A stretch of DNA of 64,000 nucleotides from Paragordius varius. Taxonomy: Eukaryota > Animalia > Nematomorpha. Shown in pieces: positions 38,005 through 50,266 of the stretch. The stretch's first letter is position 1; every line of letters begins with the position of its first letter. Under the pieces are notes generated by a model. The model worked only from the letters and a program-made list of their open reading frames with translations, did no database searches and was not told where the DNA came from. The stretch lies in the NCBI GenBank assembly GCA_964247055.1, contig OZ176050.1:3348001-3412000 (forward strand). Direction: 5' to 3'. Position numbers and translations under genes: made by a program.

Positions 38005-39404
38005 TTACTATATATTTATAAAAATGGAAAGTGGTTTGTGATCTGTTTCAGGAAAACCGGTAGACCCATTCACCCATTCAAATCCAAATATCGAAAATAT
38101 ATAATCATTTATGAATGCCCCGACAATAGCTTCGCCTTTTTTGAATTAGGCCTCCAGTTCAATCCCATCCCGTGGGGACCATTCAATATCAAATATGACT
38201 TTTGTTTATTTAGATTGCGCCCAACATAGTCAGCTCGCTTCTTTAATTTAGGCCCTCTTTTTACCCGCTCCCCCCGTAAAATGCCATTTTTTCAAAAAAC
38301 AATGTCCACAAAAATAATTTCTTGATTCTATTTTTCGCTCAAGGTATGAGACCGTAAAATTTCAATAAGGACCACGTATTCCCTGTTAAAAGGCAAAAAT
38401 TTTAGTCAAGCGTTTCTTTGATAATAGCTGTTGCGTAAGGAGCTACCCGCGAAAAAGTGACCCGTTATATCGAAATAGCGTGCTTTTGTGGCTAAATTTC
38501 AGAAAACCTATCAGGCCATATGAGTTCAATAGCTGCTTTAAGTTTTATCAAAAGTCCAAAATTTAGATCACGCGGTTTTTTAAAATTAGCCGTTAATTAG
38601 GCCCTTCACACCCTGAAAAATGCGCCACCATAGAAGGATTTATTAATTTTGAGGCAATCTTTCCAAAAAATAATAAAAGTATATGGAATCAATCATGATT
38701 CCAGGTATTCTCCGTATAAAGGCAAAATTTTAATCAGGCGCTTTCTTGGTATCAGCCTCTGGGTAGGGAGCTACCCGCCAAAAACTGCGCCACTATATAT
38801 AAATTACGTTGTTTTGGAACTATTTTAAAGAAAGCTTATGCCATATGAGCTCATTTAAAGTTCGAATACCCGTAACTAGTGAAAAATTAAGGTCAGGCCT
38901 TTTTTATTAGCGGTTAATTTGGGGCCTTTATGCCCTAAAAATACGCCATTATATAACGATTATTTAGTGTTGAGGTATTTTTTCGAATAACCCAAGACGA
39001 TGGTGACAGCGCTTTTTCCATATAGGCCCATGAGTAGGAGTCTACGGGTTTAAAACTGAGACGCCATACAATGGCGTGGCTTGAGAGATAATTTTCAAAA
39101 AACTTAAGAAGCCAACGAGTTCAATGAAGACTTTAAATATTACGCATAAAAAGGTAAAAATTCTAGTATAGCGGTTTTTTCTGTTACCCGTCAATTTGGG
39201 GCCTTTACACCACTAAACAATATATTAGTATGAATGCAACATTTAGAAAATCCTATGAGATCATAGCTATTAAAAAATGTTTCGAAATAATCCACATATA
39301 TGGATCATTTTATTGATCCTTTTTTTTCAAATTGCCCCCCCCCCCTTCCCCCTAGAGTCCGAAAGACTTCCTCGGGCTGCGTAGAAGCACGAGATTTACG
39401 CTAG
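38005..39404 (+). mobile_element. Non-autonomous Helitron, longer variant with internal repeats
   Basis: 5' tatatatttataaaaatggaaa…ggaaaaccgg.ggacccattc shared with 55641; 3' gagatttacgCTAG|T; internal …ggagctacccgc… repeats. Confidence 0.62.
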
Positions 39405-39999
39405 TTCCTTTATTTATTTTATAAAGAATACCTAATAATTTAAGCATGAAGCTTTTAGATTTTACCAACTTTTTGATATGCACCAATTACCACAAAAATT
39501 AAATTCTCGTGAAACTCAAAACTAAAAGCACCATAATATTTTTAAAATATTTTTAAATCCCAATTCGTGCTATGTATTTTTATAATTATAAAAAATTAAA
39601 TTTTATAAAAATAAAATTATGAAATAATTTAGCATAATACCTAATTCTGTTGGAGTTTTATAGTTTTTCTAAATAGATGTGTTTCCATAATAAATCGTAT
39701 AACATTTTAATATATATATATATATACATTGAATTTCCCACATTACTTTATTTTTTGATATCCTTATCAAGATGGGGCCTTCTTCATTGAATAAATATTT
39801 TATAAAAATCAATAGCTTAGAATTACAACTTTTGACTAGATCTGTGTTCTCTTAAAAACTTTAGAATCTAATAATTTTTACCAAATAAATTTTTCTATTA
39901 AATAATTTTATCAATCAAATAATTGTATTGTATGATTTATCATTTGGTTTAAGAGTATTAAAAGTAAAAGTAAATTAAATAATCAACCTGAAGTGTTAG

Positions 40000-40043
40000 C
40001 CTGTGCTATACAATCGCCATCAAAGGGATTAGTAGATGACAAG
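40000..40043 (+). CDS. Putative small exon, ACAIQSPSKGLVDDK (paralog of 27455-27501)
   Basis: gtgttag|CC TGT…GAC AAG|gtgttt; lies in a ~400-bp direct repeat (~27410-27810 vs ~39955-40325). Confidence 0.4.
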
Positions 40044-40599
40044 GTGTTTTTTATGACTTTGTGACAATTAAACATAGTAATTGAAGAGGGTTTTGAATAT
40101 CAAATTAGGATTCCGGTCGAGACCAATATATAAGATTTTTTGTAGGATATATAAAGTTAGGTAAATATTGCTCAAATAGAGCAAATAAAAAACATTAAGG
40201 ATATTGTGTAAATATTTTTTGAGTAATGATTTTGTAAAAATTAAATGATTGTTATAATGAGACCTAAAATAAAATAACGCTTTGACAATCAATGTTATAT
40301 TAATACGTCAAACTAAACCCAATCATAAAAATATTTAATGCAAAAAATATAATAATTATTTATAAAACTTGAATCAGCCCTTAGTCTAGTCATTTATACG
40401 ATTGAGTTACGCTGTCCGAGAACAGTCTGCCGCTTTTTAATCAGATCCTAACGTCTCCCGGTATTAAGATATTTTTTGAGAAACTAAGACCCCAAAAATA
40501 TTATAAAAGCCATTCATCCATTGAGACTATAAAAATTAATAGCGGTTTTAGTTAATACTAGTATGGAGCTAAAAGTTTTACAGCACATTATTTATATAA

Positions 40600-41154
40600 C
40601 ACTTGGATACAACACGTTCATTTTAGTCCTTCGATTCGAATTGGGGTAGTTAAATACCCCAGGCCTGTTTAAAATTATATTCTTGAAAAAATATGGAAGG
40701 AATCGAAACCGTGGCAAAATCTTTCATTTATATAACATTAATAAACAGAAAATATATAAAAAATTTGATTTAAAAATACTTGATATCACTTATTTTAAGC
40801 TAAAAACCGAAAGGTAAAAATTTAGTCAACGTGACATGCTTACAATGGTAAAATTGAAAAATAATACCAAACACCTTTTCCCATTTCTATCAATGTTAGA
40901 TGTAATTTAAATAAAAAATAAGTTTAAATTTTACCCTTAAAATTAAATAAAGACGATATTTTGCATAAATTTTATAAAATCCAAATAGCGTCGACGTAGT
41001 TTGATCTGAAACTTTTTTTTCTAAACAAAATTTTATTTAGATATTTTGGCATATTTATATAATTTTTATTAGGAGAAGCATAAACTTAAATTAGGACCGT
41101 TTCCTTCAGTAATTTTTTTAAATCTATTTGGATACCCCAATTTGAATCGAAGTT
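40600..41154 (+). mobile_element. TTAA MITE copy
   Basis: cacttggatacaacac…gataccccaatttgaatcgaagt; collinear with 9900-10481. Confidence 0.75.
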
Positions 41155-41539
41155 TTAAACACATGTGTTCCACTTACAGTGAAAGGCGCCACCATATTGA
41201 AATAACCTAAATTTGAAGCGATTTTAGAAAACCCAACAGACTTGGAAATGGCTTGTATTATAAAACCGAAATTGGTTTAGCCCCTTAAGCTCTGAGTTAG
41301 AGAGCTCTAAGAATATCCCATAGTATAAATTTGTGCAAACATAATTTATTTGTAAAATAAGAAATTATTTAGCGGAAGGCGCCATCTCCTTATAAGGTAA
41401 AGAGGAGTATAGATATTTGGTCTACCGAGTTGCATGTTGGATATATTAGTATATCCTAAGCAAGCTATGAGAAACCAAATTTTGTTGACAGTGTTTACCA
41501 CGTGTCATAGTGTGAGACGCGTTTTGTCCTTTTTGTAGA

Positions 41540-41826
41540 CTCATCAGCCACACATAATGAACACGGGTAAACAGTGTCAGTTCAGGAATTGTATATATAT
41601 TGAGTTTTAGGGAATTCGAAACCGAATAGGGTCGGGGAAATGAATATTATAGAGCTTAGAGTCCATATTAAACAACCGATTATACCAAAATTCAACCAAA
41701 TATTATGACTCTTTATAATCCTTAAGCCAGGATTAAGCTTTTTGTTTCAAATTGTCTAAAACTCAATATATATACAATTCCTGAACTGACAGTGTTTACC
41801 CGTGTTCATTATGTGTGGCTGATGAG
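41540..41826. repeat. Near-perfect 71-bp inverted repeat with a 145-bp spacer
   Basis: 41540-41610 is the reverse complement of 41756-41826 with a single mismatch. Confidence 0.95.
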
Positions 41827-42627
41827 ACCACCACGTGGTATCGTTAGACTAACTATCTATACTCCTCGTGATTCATAATTTATTTATTTGAACAACATTT
41901 TGCATGATCGATTTAAATGCATAATTAAGCCAATAGCAATTATAAAGGTTTAATATACATTTTTCATGATTTACATGTTACATTAGGGTGCAGATATAAA
42001 TATAATAATATTTTTAATAGAAATATATGGCAATTTTAGTGAAAATATACCATATAGGGACGAAAATGCTGTGATGGTACACCTAATTAATAATAATAGT
42101 ATTAAATAAATATCATTATTGATGAGGAATATTCAATTTTTTCCCTCAAATCTTTTAATATAGATTAGCAATTGGTAATAATCGAATTAAACGTCTATAC
42201 CTTAGAAAAATCTCCTTGAATTTTGCCTTTACAGTATGTTTATTTATGCTGTGCTATGACATTATCGTTGGCCTTGGTAATACATTAATGTATGTTATAA
42301 ATCCATAATTAAATAAAAAAAAGGAAAATTGAATTATTTTAAAATTTAGCTGTTTTTACCCTTATACTACGGTGGTGCCAATTGTGGCCAACAATGTAAA
42401 TAGGCCAGCATTAAATTTTCATACTGTATAGGGCCATCTAAATATTTGATTATATAACTCATATATAAAAATTGAAAATGTACTTATTTACCTTCATTAA
42501 CATATACCATTTACAGTTCATATTCAAATCATCTCGTGAAGTTCACTCTAAAATAAATTATTTGTTTTTTAAGATTTAAAATTACCTTTATTATGTAATA
42601 TTTTGAAATATAAAATTCTGTTTGAAA

Positions 42628-45470
42628 TTAATATTATTATTATTACATTACATGTTTTCACTCGTGAGAGCGGTCATGTTATTCAACTTGTCTCGCCATA
42701 AAACTCTATCTGTGGCGTCCTCTGCATTAAGCTCGTATTCTGCTAGCTCTCTTTTTATTGTATCTATCCATTTTGTTTTAGGCCGCCCACGTCCTCGTTT
42801 TTCCTCAACTATATGACTATCTATTATTTTTACAATATAATTAGAATCTCTCCTTTCAATGTGCCCGAACCAGCCTATTTTTTGACATTCCTTCCACTAT
42901 TCGTTTAATATCTGTGCTCCCACAAATAAATCTATTCTCAATTTTGTCCATTCTTGTTACCCCACACATCATTCTGAGCATTTTCATTTCAGTCACGTTA
43001 AAATGTCTTTCTTCGAATTTTTCGACACCCCACGTCTGTAAATTATACATCTTTGAGGTCTGGACAACTGAACTGTAAATCTTACCTTTCACTCTAACAT
43101 CAATATTTCGATCGCATTACACGCTCGAAATTTTCTTCCAATTTACCCAGCTGCTCTTTATTCTTAAATTAATATCATCAGTCAACGAACCATCTGCACT
43201 TAACATAGCTCCCAAATATTTGCAACTTTCTTTACCCTTCAGAACCCAACTATCATCAACTACTATTTCATGTTATGGACCCCAATAGTAATAAGTTCGG
43301 TTTTTGCTTTGTTTACTTTCAGACCGTATTGATCCAGCATAACAACCAATCTGTTTACCGTTCGCTTTAACTCAATTAATGAATCAGACAAGATGATTAT
43401 GTCTTCTGCATACATTAAGTACCATTCTGAACTCACATTAACAACCTTGGCTACGTCCATACAAATTATAAACAATAAGGGGCTGAATGATGAGCCTTGG
43501 TAGACTCCCAGCTTTATTGAAAAGGGCTCTGATAAACCTTGTGGGGCTTTAATCCTGGAGGTGTGATTCGTACATTATTTTTAACAACTTAATATAACTT
43601 TCTGGCACCTTTTTAGACGGAGACTCCACCAAATAGTTTCTCTAGGAATCCTGTCAAACGCCTTCTCTATGTCAATTAAAACCCCGTGTAATTCTTTCTT
43701 TTTTTTCAATGTGTCTTTCAATCAACCTCCTAACCGCATGTATAGGTTCTACTGTTGACTTTCCTGTCATGATATAGATATCATTTTCCTGATCGCTTTT
43801 CAATTATTTTTTCAAACAATTTCATGGTGTGCGACATTAGTTTTATCCCTCTATAGTTACTACATTCATTTATATCACTTTCCTTTAAATAAAGGCACAG
43901 TTAAACTTTCCTTCCATTCAACCGGGATTTCATAAGTTGAAACAACTTAATAAATACACGCTCCAAAAAATTTAATCCAGAGTTTCCAAGCACTTTCCAA
44001 CAATTTATGTTTATGTCGTCTGATCCTTCAGCCTTGTTGTTTGGCATTTCTAACAAATTGGATTCTACTTCCTTTTGTGTAATTGCTTCTATTGTTTTTG
44101 GCAAAAATATCTCACCTACCCCTTCATCTAAACTCACAAAGAACTCTTTCCATCTTTTTAATATTTCTACATTTTCACACAGCAAGCTTCCATCTTTTCC
44201 TTTTATTGTAGTGGCATAACCTGGCAAATCCATCCTGCGTTTATTCCTTTGCTGCACAACTTTATACATTTTGTTTAAACCTTGCTTACTATTAAACTCA
44301 TCATAAAATAAATTAATCTTTTCTTTCTTAACCTGGCCGACTAATTTTTTCAATTCCTTGTTTAAACTTTTATACTTATCTCTATCATCATCATTCCTTG
44401 TATGTCTCCATTTGTCAAAAGCCTTACCTTTTTCTCGTGACATCAATATTATTCTTTCATCGTAAAGCGAAGCTTCTCTGTATACTTGAGATTTTCCGCC
44501 TTTTAATCCACAAACTTGAGTTCCTGCCTTTTTGATTGACTTACTTTATCCCACTCACCATTTAACCCACCATCCTCGGATAACCGTATTTCTTTTATAC
44601 TGCTTTTTTCGGATAATCTTTCCCACTTTATACTTTTTAATCTCTTTGAGAAAGAACCAATTTGTTTAGACTTTTCTTTCACAAAAAATTTACAAATAAG
44701 TATGCGAACTAACCTCTAAGTTTGGCACGACTTTACAGTCTAATACAAGCTTCAATAAGTCTCTTGGGACAAGGATAAAATCTATTTGAGATTTGTTTAT
44801 GCCGCTTTTGTAAGTTACTAAATGACTCTCTCTTTTTTCGAAAAACGTGTTTGCTATCGCCAAATTGTGGGATTGTGCAAATCTAAGCAAATTAATTCCT
44901 TCCTCGTTTCTTTCACCGTAAGAATGTCCCCCGTGCCATATTTCAAAATATTCCCTTTTTGAACCAAGATGACCAATAAAATCCCCACATAAAAACTTGA
45001 CTCTGAGCTGAGGGAGAGCGACTAATTTTTCATCTAGAGTCTCTTAAAATTCCTCCTTTTCTTGTTTTGGTAAACCTATTTGCGGGGCATATATACTAAA
45101 TACCGTTATGACCTAGTTACCTACCAAAATATCTAAATTCATGGTTCGGCTGTTATAGCTTCTAACCTCATTAACCTGATTGGACAATTTGGGATTAATG
45201 ATAACTGCCACTCCATTTCGTCCGTCACTTTCACCTGAGTAATATAATCGATAATTCTCTTCCAAAGTCCTTGCTCCGTTTCCGAGGTAAGGAGTCTCTT
45301 GTAATGCCAAAATATCTATATGTTTAACTTTCATTATTCTCACAATATCATTTAACTTACTTTTCAATGAACCAACATTTAAACTAGCGGCATCCCGTTT
45401 TTCTTTGCATTCTCTTTGTATTATTGGCCACAACACCAAAACCGCGGCTGGCCAGGCCTGACCGATTATT
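42628..45470 (-). mobile_element. RTE-clade non-LTR retrotransposon, near full ORF length but frameshifted
   Basis: APE motifs (SLNVGSL…DILALQET…GRNGVAVII; LAIANTFFEKRESHLVTYKSG…QIDFILV), RT motifs (KAEGSDDI, LMYAEDIIILSDS), C-terminal EMKMLRMMCGVTRMDKIENRFI, and a (TAA)n tail at ~42628-42645. Confidence 0.93.
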
Positions 45471-47854
45471 ATACACATCAATATTCATTTGACAGCATTA
45501 AACAAACAAATAAAAATAATAAAATTGAAGTGTCGAACTAATTATGACAAATTGATAGATGTTAAAAAAAACCTAGGCTATAGGTAAAAACGTAAATTGT
45601 ATTTCGCAATAAAAAATTTATGACAAAATTTATGTATAAAACAATATAAATCAAGGGTTCTTTTATGTGTCATAGTGAAATTAAAATAAAATAGTGCTAC
45701 AATACTTATCCAAGAATACAATCTATATATTTCAAGAGAATATTAATAGGCAAATTATAGGAAAAGGCCAACGATAAGTCCTACAAAAAACAAAATAAGA
45801 ATAGGAATGTTGTAACAAAATTTAAAGTATAGGATAAGTGATAAAAGATAGAATAAACTTTGAAAATAAATAGATAACAATAAATAATTATAATAATTGG
45901 TATAAATAATAATTTTGATATAAAATTAATTAAGAATTTTTCGTTTTTGAAGTTGCGTCAGATGGGTCGAACGCGCGCGCGTGCAAATTTTTTAAAAGCT
46001 TTAATATATATTATTAATCCTGTTTAAATTAATATAATGCTAAAAAATAGTATACTATGTAAAAAATATATTTCATGTTAATGGCGAGTTATCACGAAAA
46101 CACATAATTTATTTTTATGGTATTATCAAATTGTTCAAGGGTGAATTTGAATTGAAAATGGTATATTATGGATATTAAATGGCAATATTTATCAGATATA
46201 AGAGGAAGACTACCAGCAAACGGTTGGTGTATTGGTTGATTTGGTATTAACTTTTGCAACCCGATCATTAATTAATATTAAGGGATACCTGGTTGAGAAA
46301 CACTCATTGTTGGGGCCCTCAAAATAACTTGACAACTAGTTGCCACATTTTCTAAAAAATGTAGATGTATAAAAATTATTTCCATTTAAAGCTGAAAGAT
46401 TTCCATCAAAATTATGAGATTCTTATGAAAGGCGAGATTCATAAATAATTGAGGTTATATATGATAATCCCAAGTGCAACCTTGTAATCGTCAAATACAA
46501 TTTTTGAAAGGTTTAATCTTGTTTATGAGAGTTAATTCATACTGGAACCGCATTTAAAATTGGGATTAATGGCTCAGTCGTTACCTCGGGGGCTATGATA
46601 ACGGTTTTGGTTTCTGAAAGTACTGATTCAGATATTAGGGTGTAGGTTGAATTATATATTAATAAAAAAATATACAGTTTATATTTTCTCTTATATTATC
46701 AAAGGGTAAGAACTTAATTAAATTGTATCAGGACCTCTGAAAACATCGCCCTACTGATGAAGAGGAAATAATTGCGAGATCTGAATCGAATAAATCTATT
46801 ATATTTAATTGGTTATTAGTCAATCAATCATTCAAAAATGGTAGTTTTCGGAAAGTTAGCGGCAAAATGTTGTATATTTGAAATACTAATATAAAAAATT
46901 TTGTTTTAAAAAAAAAATTTTAAGTTAAAAATAGTTGGATATAACTCTCCTCGTCTAATAGCAGTTGTATCATGAGGGCCGGAGATGATTAGCGAAATCT
47001 AGAATAACATATAACTTAAAATAAAAATATTTCTGAAACACTTTTCAAAATTTTTATTCCAACGTCTTTCAATCGATAATACTATATATAGCTCTTTTAT
47101 TATTGAAATTTTGACATGGATTTAAAGTTTATTATAAATTTTTATATAAATATAAATGACAAACCGAGGATTTCAACATTTAACTAGGACTAGCTGTATA
47201 AAAGTCCTAAGAATATTAATTGGATAAAAATAAAAAATTTAAAATTTATATTGAATTTAATTATTTTATAAGCATAAGAATAAAACTAATAAAATAATTT
47301 ATGATTTTCGTTTGCTATATCGTTTAAAAAAGCGAAAATTAATTGTTATTTTATAATCGAAATTTTCATTATAAAGGTTTTTATATTTTTTTCTGTGGTT
47401 TTTCAAGGCTTAACTCTTCATGTTTTTCATTTTTAGCATTGGACGTGCTTTCTTCCTTTTAACATATAAAAAATTTAAATGTAAAATTATTTAAAATTGT
47501 CCTATCTTTAGCCGCCATTTTTTTAATCTTTTTGAATCGTGAAAACACGCAAATAACTGTATATTATGGGTGAAAAATATAAATAATTAACTTTGGAATT
47601 TCAAGCAATTTATCAGAAAATCTTTGATATCTATTTTTATTAGCGGCATTCTCATATTGGAACTATGCATTTATAAATTTTAAGCTATTTTTATCTAATA
47701 CAGGACCGGTTTGATTATTTAATTTTAATCAAGTTTTTAAATATGTAGAGTCTTTAATACTTAAAGCTCTGGGGTCAAAACTACCAACAAAATATTAATA
47801 TATAGATACTGTATTTCAATTTTGTTTTAGCCGATTTGATTTTCATTTGGCTAT

Positions 47855-48042
47855 GAATTGATTCAAGAAACGACATATATCAAACGATGGCGAATGGAAG
47901 GCAGTTGGTAATATCATCAATTACAAGCGATTATATCAATCAAATTTAACTCCTCAAAATACAACCTAACGATTTACCATCTTAATTACTACTAAACACA
48001 TTCATACCATCAGTCTACTGATCATCATTGTTAAATCACCTC
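47855..48042. pseudogene. Scrambled alpha-spectrin fragments: exon 9 piece (+) fused to exon 4 piece (+), then an inverted exon 4 piece (-)
   Basis: 47855-47908 gaattgattcaagaaacgacatatatcaaacgatggcgaatggaaggcagttgg vs exon 9 sense gaaatcgattcaagaaacgatatatatcaaaaaacaatggcggctggtaaggcagttttgg. 47911-47966 matches …tcatcatttacaagcgataat…; the reverse complement of ~47975-48042 matches …gattca.caatgatga.cagttcgact.atgg…. Confidence 0.75.
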
Positions 48043-48990
48043 TTAAGTACCTAAAAAAGGATATATATACACAAATATAGTTTAATATTCTAGAAATAAT
48101 AGTTATGTTATATTTTATTGATATTTTTGGGTTAATAAACATTATTAACATTTTTTCGCAAACAATATAATAAATAACTAAATACGGGATGTCCAGCACG
48201 CTTGTTACGCTAAAGTGCTCTAATAATGTTAGAAAAAGTACATTGCATATCAATCCTATAATATACAGGATATATCATCCAAAATTGGACAATATATTTT
48301 AAAAATATTATCAAAATAAGCGAAAATATTTGTCTTGCATACCCTGAACTAGCTTATTATGTGTTTCCACACAATCTTTGCATAAATGTGCATACTGTTG
48401 AATATTATGATGAGTTTTTTAAAATTTGTATTTTTACGTTGATAATTTTTTCGTTTATTAAGCCTACCTTAAATTTCGACAATGCTATACGAAAATTTTC
48501 TTATTCATTAAGGACTTACCATTTTAACACATGGCTGATAGTTAGTTTGTAAATATACTGCTTATGAATAGTTTGTACTAATTTCGCTTGTATTCTTGTT
48601 CTTTTTAAAAATAATAATATTCGGCTCAAAATCCCTTTTGTCATTAACTTTTGAGTTTAAATTATTCTGGTTTTTAGATTGATAATGAGTATTCTGGCTT
48701 TGAGTTTCCAGATACTAGGTAGGATGATTTATTTTTTATAAGTGACATTTTGATTTGTTCCTTAATTACAATTATACTTATTGAATTTTCAGAATCATGA
48801 CTGATTTTGGTTTCTTCTTTGTTATCTTTTAAATCTGAACCTACTCGAGAAATTCTTTTGGACATATGTCTCACCATAGGTCATCTGGGTTAGCGAACCA
48901 CATTAGTCCTGCAAGATACCTCTGTTAAATTGAGATGATTTAATTGATTCAATTATAATAAATTAAATTTCATCACAAATTTTAAGAATT
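47970..48990 (-). repeat. Inverted, more diverged partial third copy of the 14-25 kb duplication unit (corresponds to ~15620-16700)
   Basis: Reverse complements of 48185-48220, 48310-48400 and 48670-48960 match ~16390, ~16190-16270 and ~15620-15960, in the expected inverted order. Confidence 0.75.
48670..48960 (-). pseudogene. Decayed MASGE-family exon copy
   Basis: cgctaacccagATGACCTATGGTGAG…SSRFRFKR*; …accaaaatcagtcatgattc… matches the 15.7 kb copy. Confidence 0.6.
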
Positions 48991-49105
48991 TATTTTAAAT
49001 ATTTTTTAAAGTTAAAAAAACTTTTAAGGCGTTGGGAACAAACTAAAATTGTACACACTAATATCTAAAATTTTTTTTCGTTGCATGATATTTCAACAAT
49101 TTTTA

Positions 49106-49520
49106 TCTATATATATATAAAACTGTTTCCGGAAAACCGGTGGACCCATTCATATCCAATAATCAAAAAAATATAATCATTAATAAATGCCCCGACAATA
49201 GCTTCGCCTTTTTTTTTAAATTGGATCCCCAGTATGACTCCCCCGTGTAAAAAACGGTTTTTTTAAAACACAAGTCCACAAAAATCGTTTTGAGACAATT
49301 TTCCCGAAAACGTGTTGGACCATTCGATTTTAAATATGATTATTATCGATTGCGCCGAACATAGTCGGCTCGCTTTTTTAATTTAGGCCCTCTTTTTACC
49401 CACTCCCCCGTAAAATGCCATTTTTTAAAAAAAATTAAGTCAACAAAAATAATTTTTTGAATCTATTTTTTGCCCAGGGTATGAGACCGTAATTTAATGA
49501 GACAGATATTTACTGTTAAA
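49106..49520 (+). mobile_element. Non-autonomous Helitron, 3'-truncated copy
   Basis: A|TCTATATATATATAAAACTGTTTCCGGAAAACCGG…; body matches 38050-38400. Confidence 0.6.
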
Positions 49521-50266
49521 AGGCAATTAATTATCACTTTAAAAAATGTTATGTGCGAGATGACCGTGGGCCGCTTCAAGTCCACCAAAAAAAATTGTAA
49601 CCTTCCGAAATCTGGAAAAAAAATTAAACAAACATTATCTAAAATTAATTCTTATTCATGAGTTGGATTAATAGCCCCAAAAAAAACAAAAAATATATTT
49701 TTTGAGAAATAAGAAGGTAAGGATACTCGATTAGAGGGTGATTTTCATATGATAAAGGCTTAAGTAGTTATAGGTGAATTTCGGGCTTAAATGGTATATG
49801 CGCATTGCAATAAAATAAGATCCTCTTTTTTATTAGTTAAAATTAGCGAATATTTATATATATACATATATATAAAGTAAATAAAACCTATAATCACTAA
49901 AAGTTACATTCTTAAAACATTAACTCTAAAATATCTGGGTTATCATGACACAATTATGCTTTGGCGCTGTACCCTTACTATATCACTTACACAAGCTAAC
50001 TATAAGAAGGTTTATGCAATGTCAATATTAATTAAATAAATATTTGTTACATATAGTTATTTAAAATACCTGCTTATTGTCGTTTCATCATGTTTAAAAC
50101 TTTTTTTAACAAAAATTTGCCCTTGAAAAATTAAAATTACTGGATTCGACTTGAATATTATATTAGCAATTAATTATTTGTTCAACTTCTTTAATAACAT
50201 ATAAAATAAAATTAAGGATGCCCTATAATATTATTAGTTTTTACTCTATTTTAATTTATAATAAAA

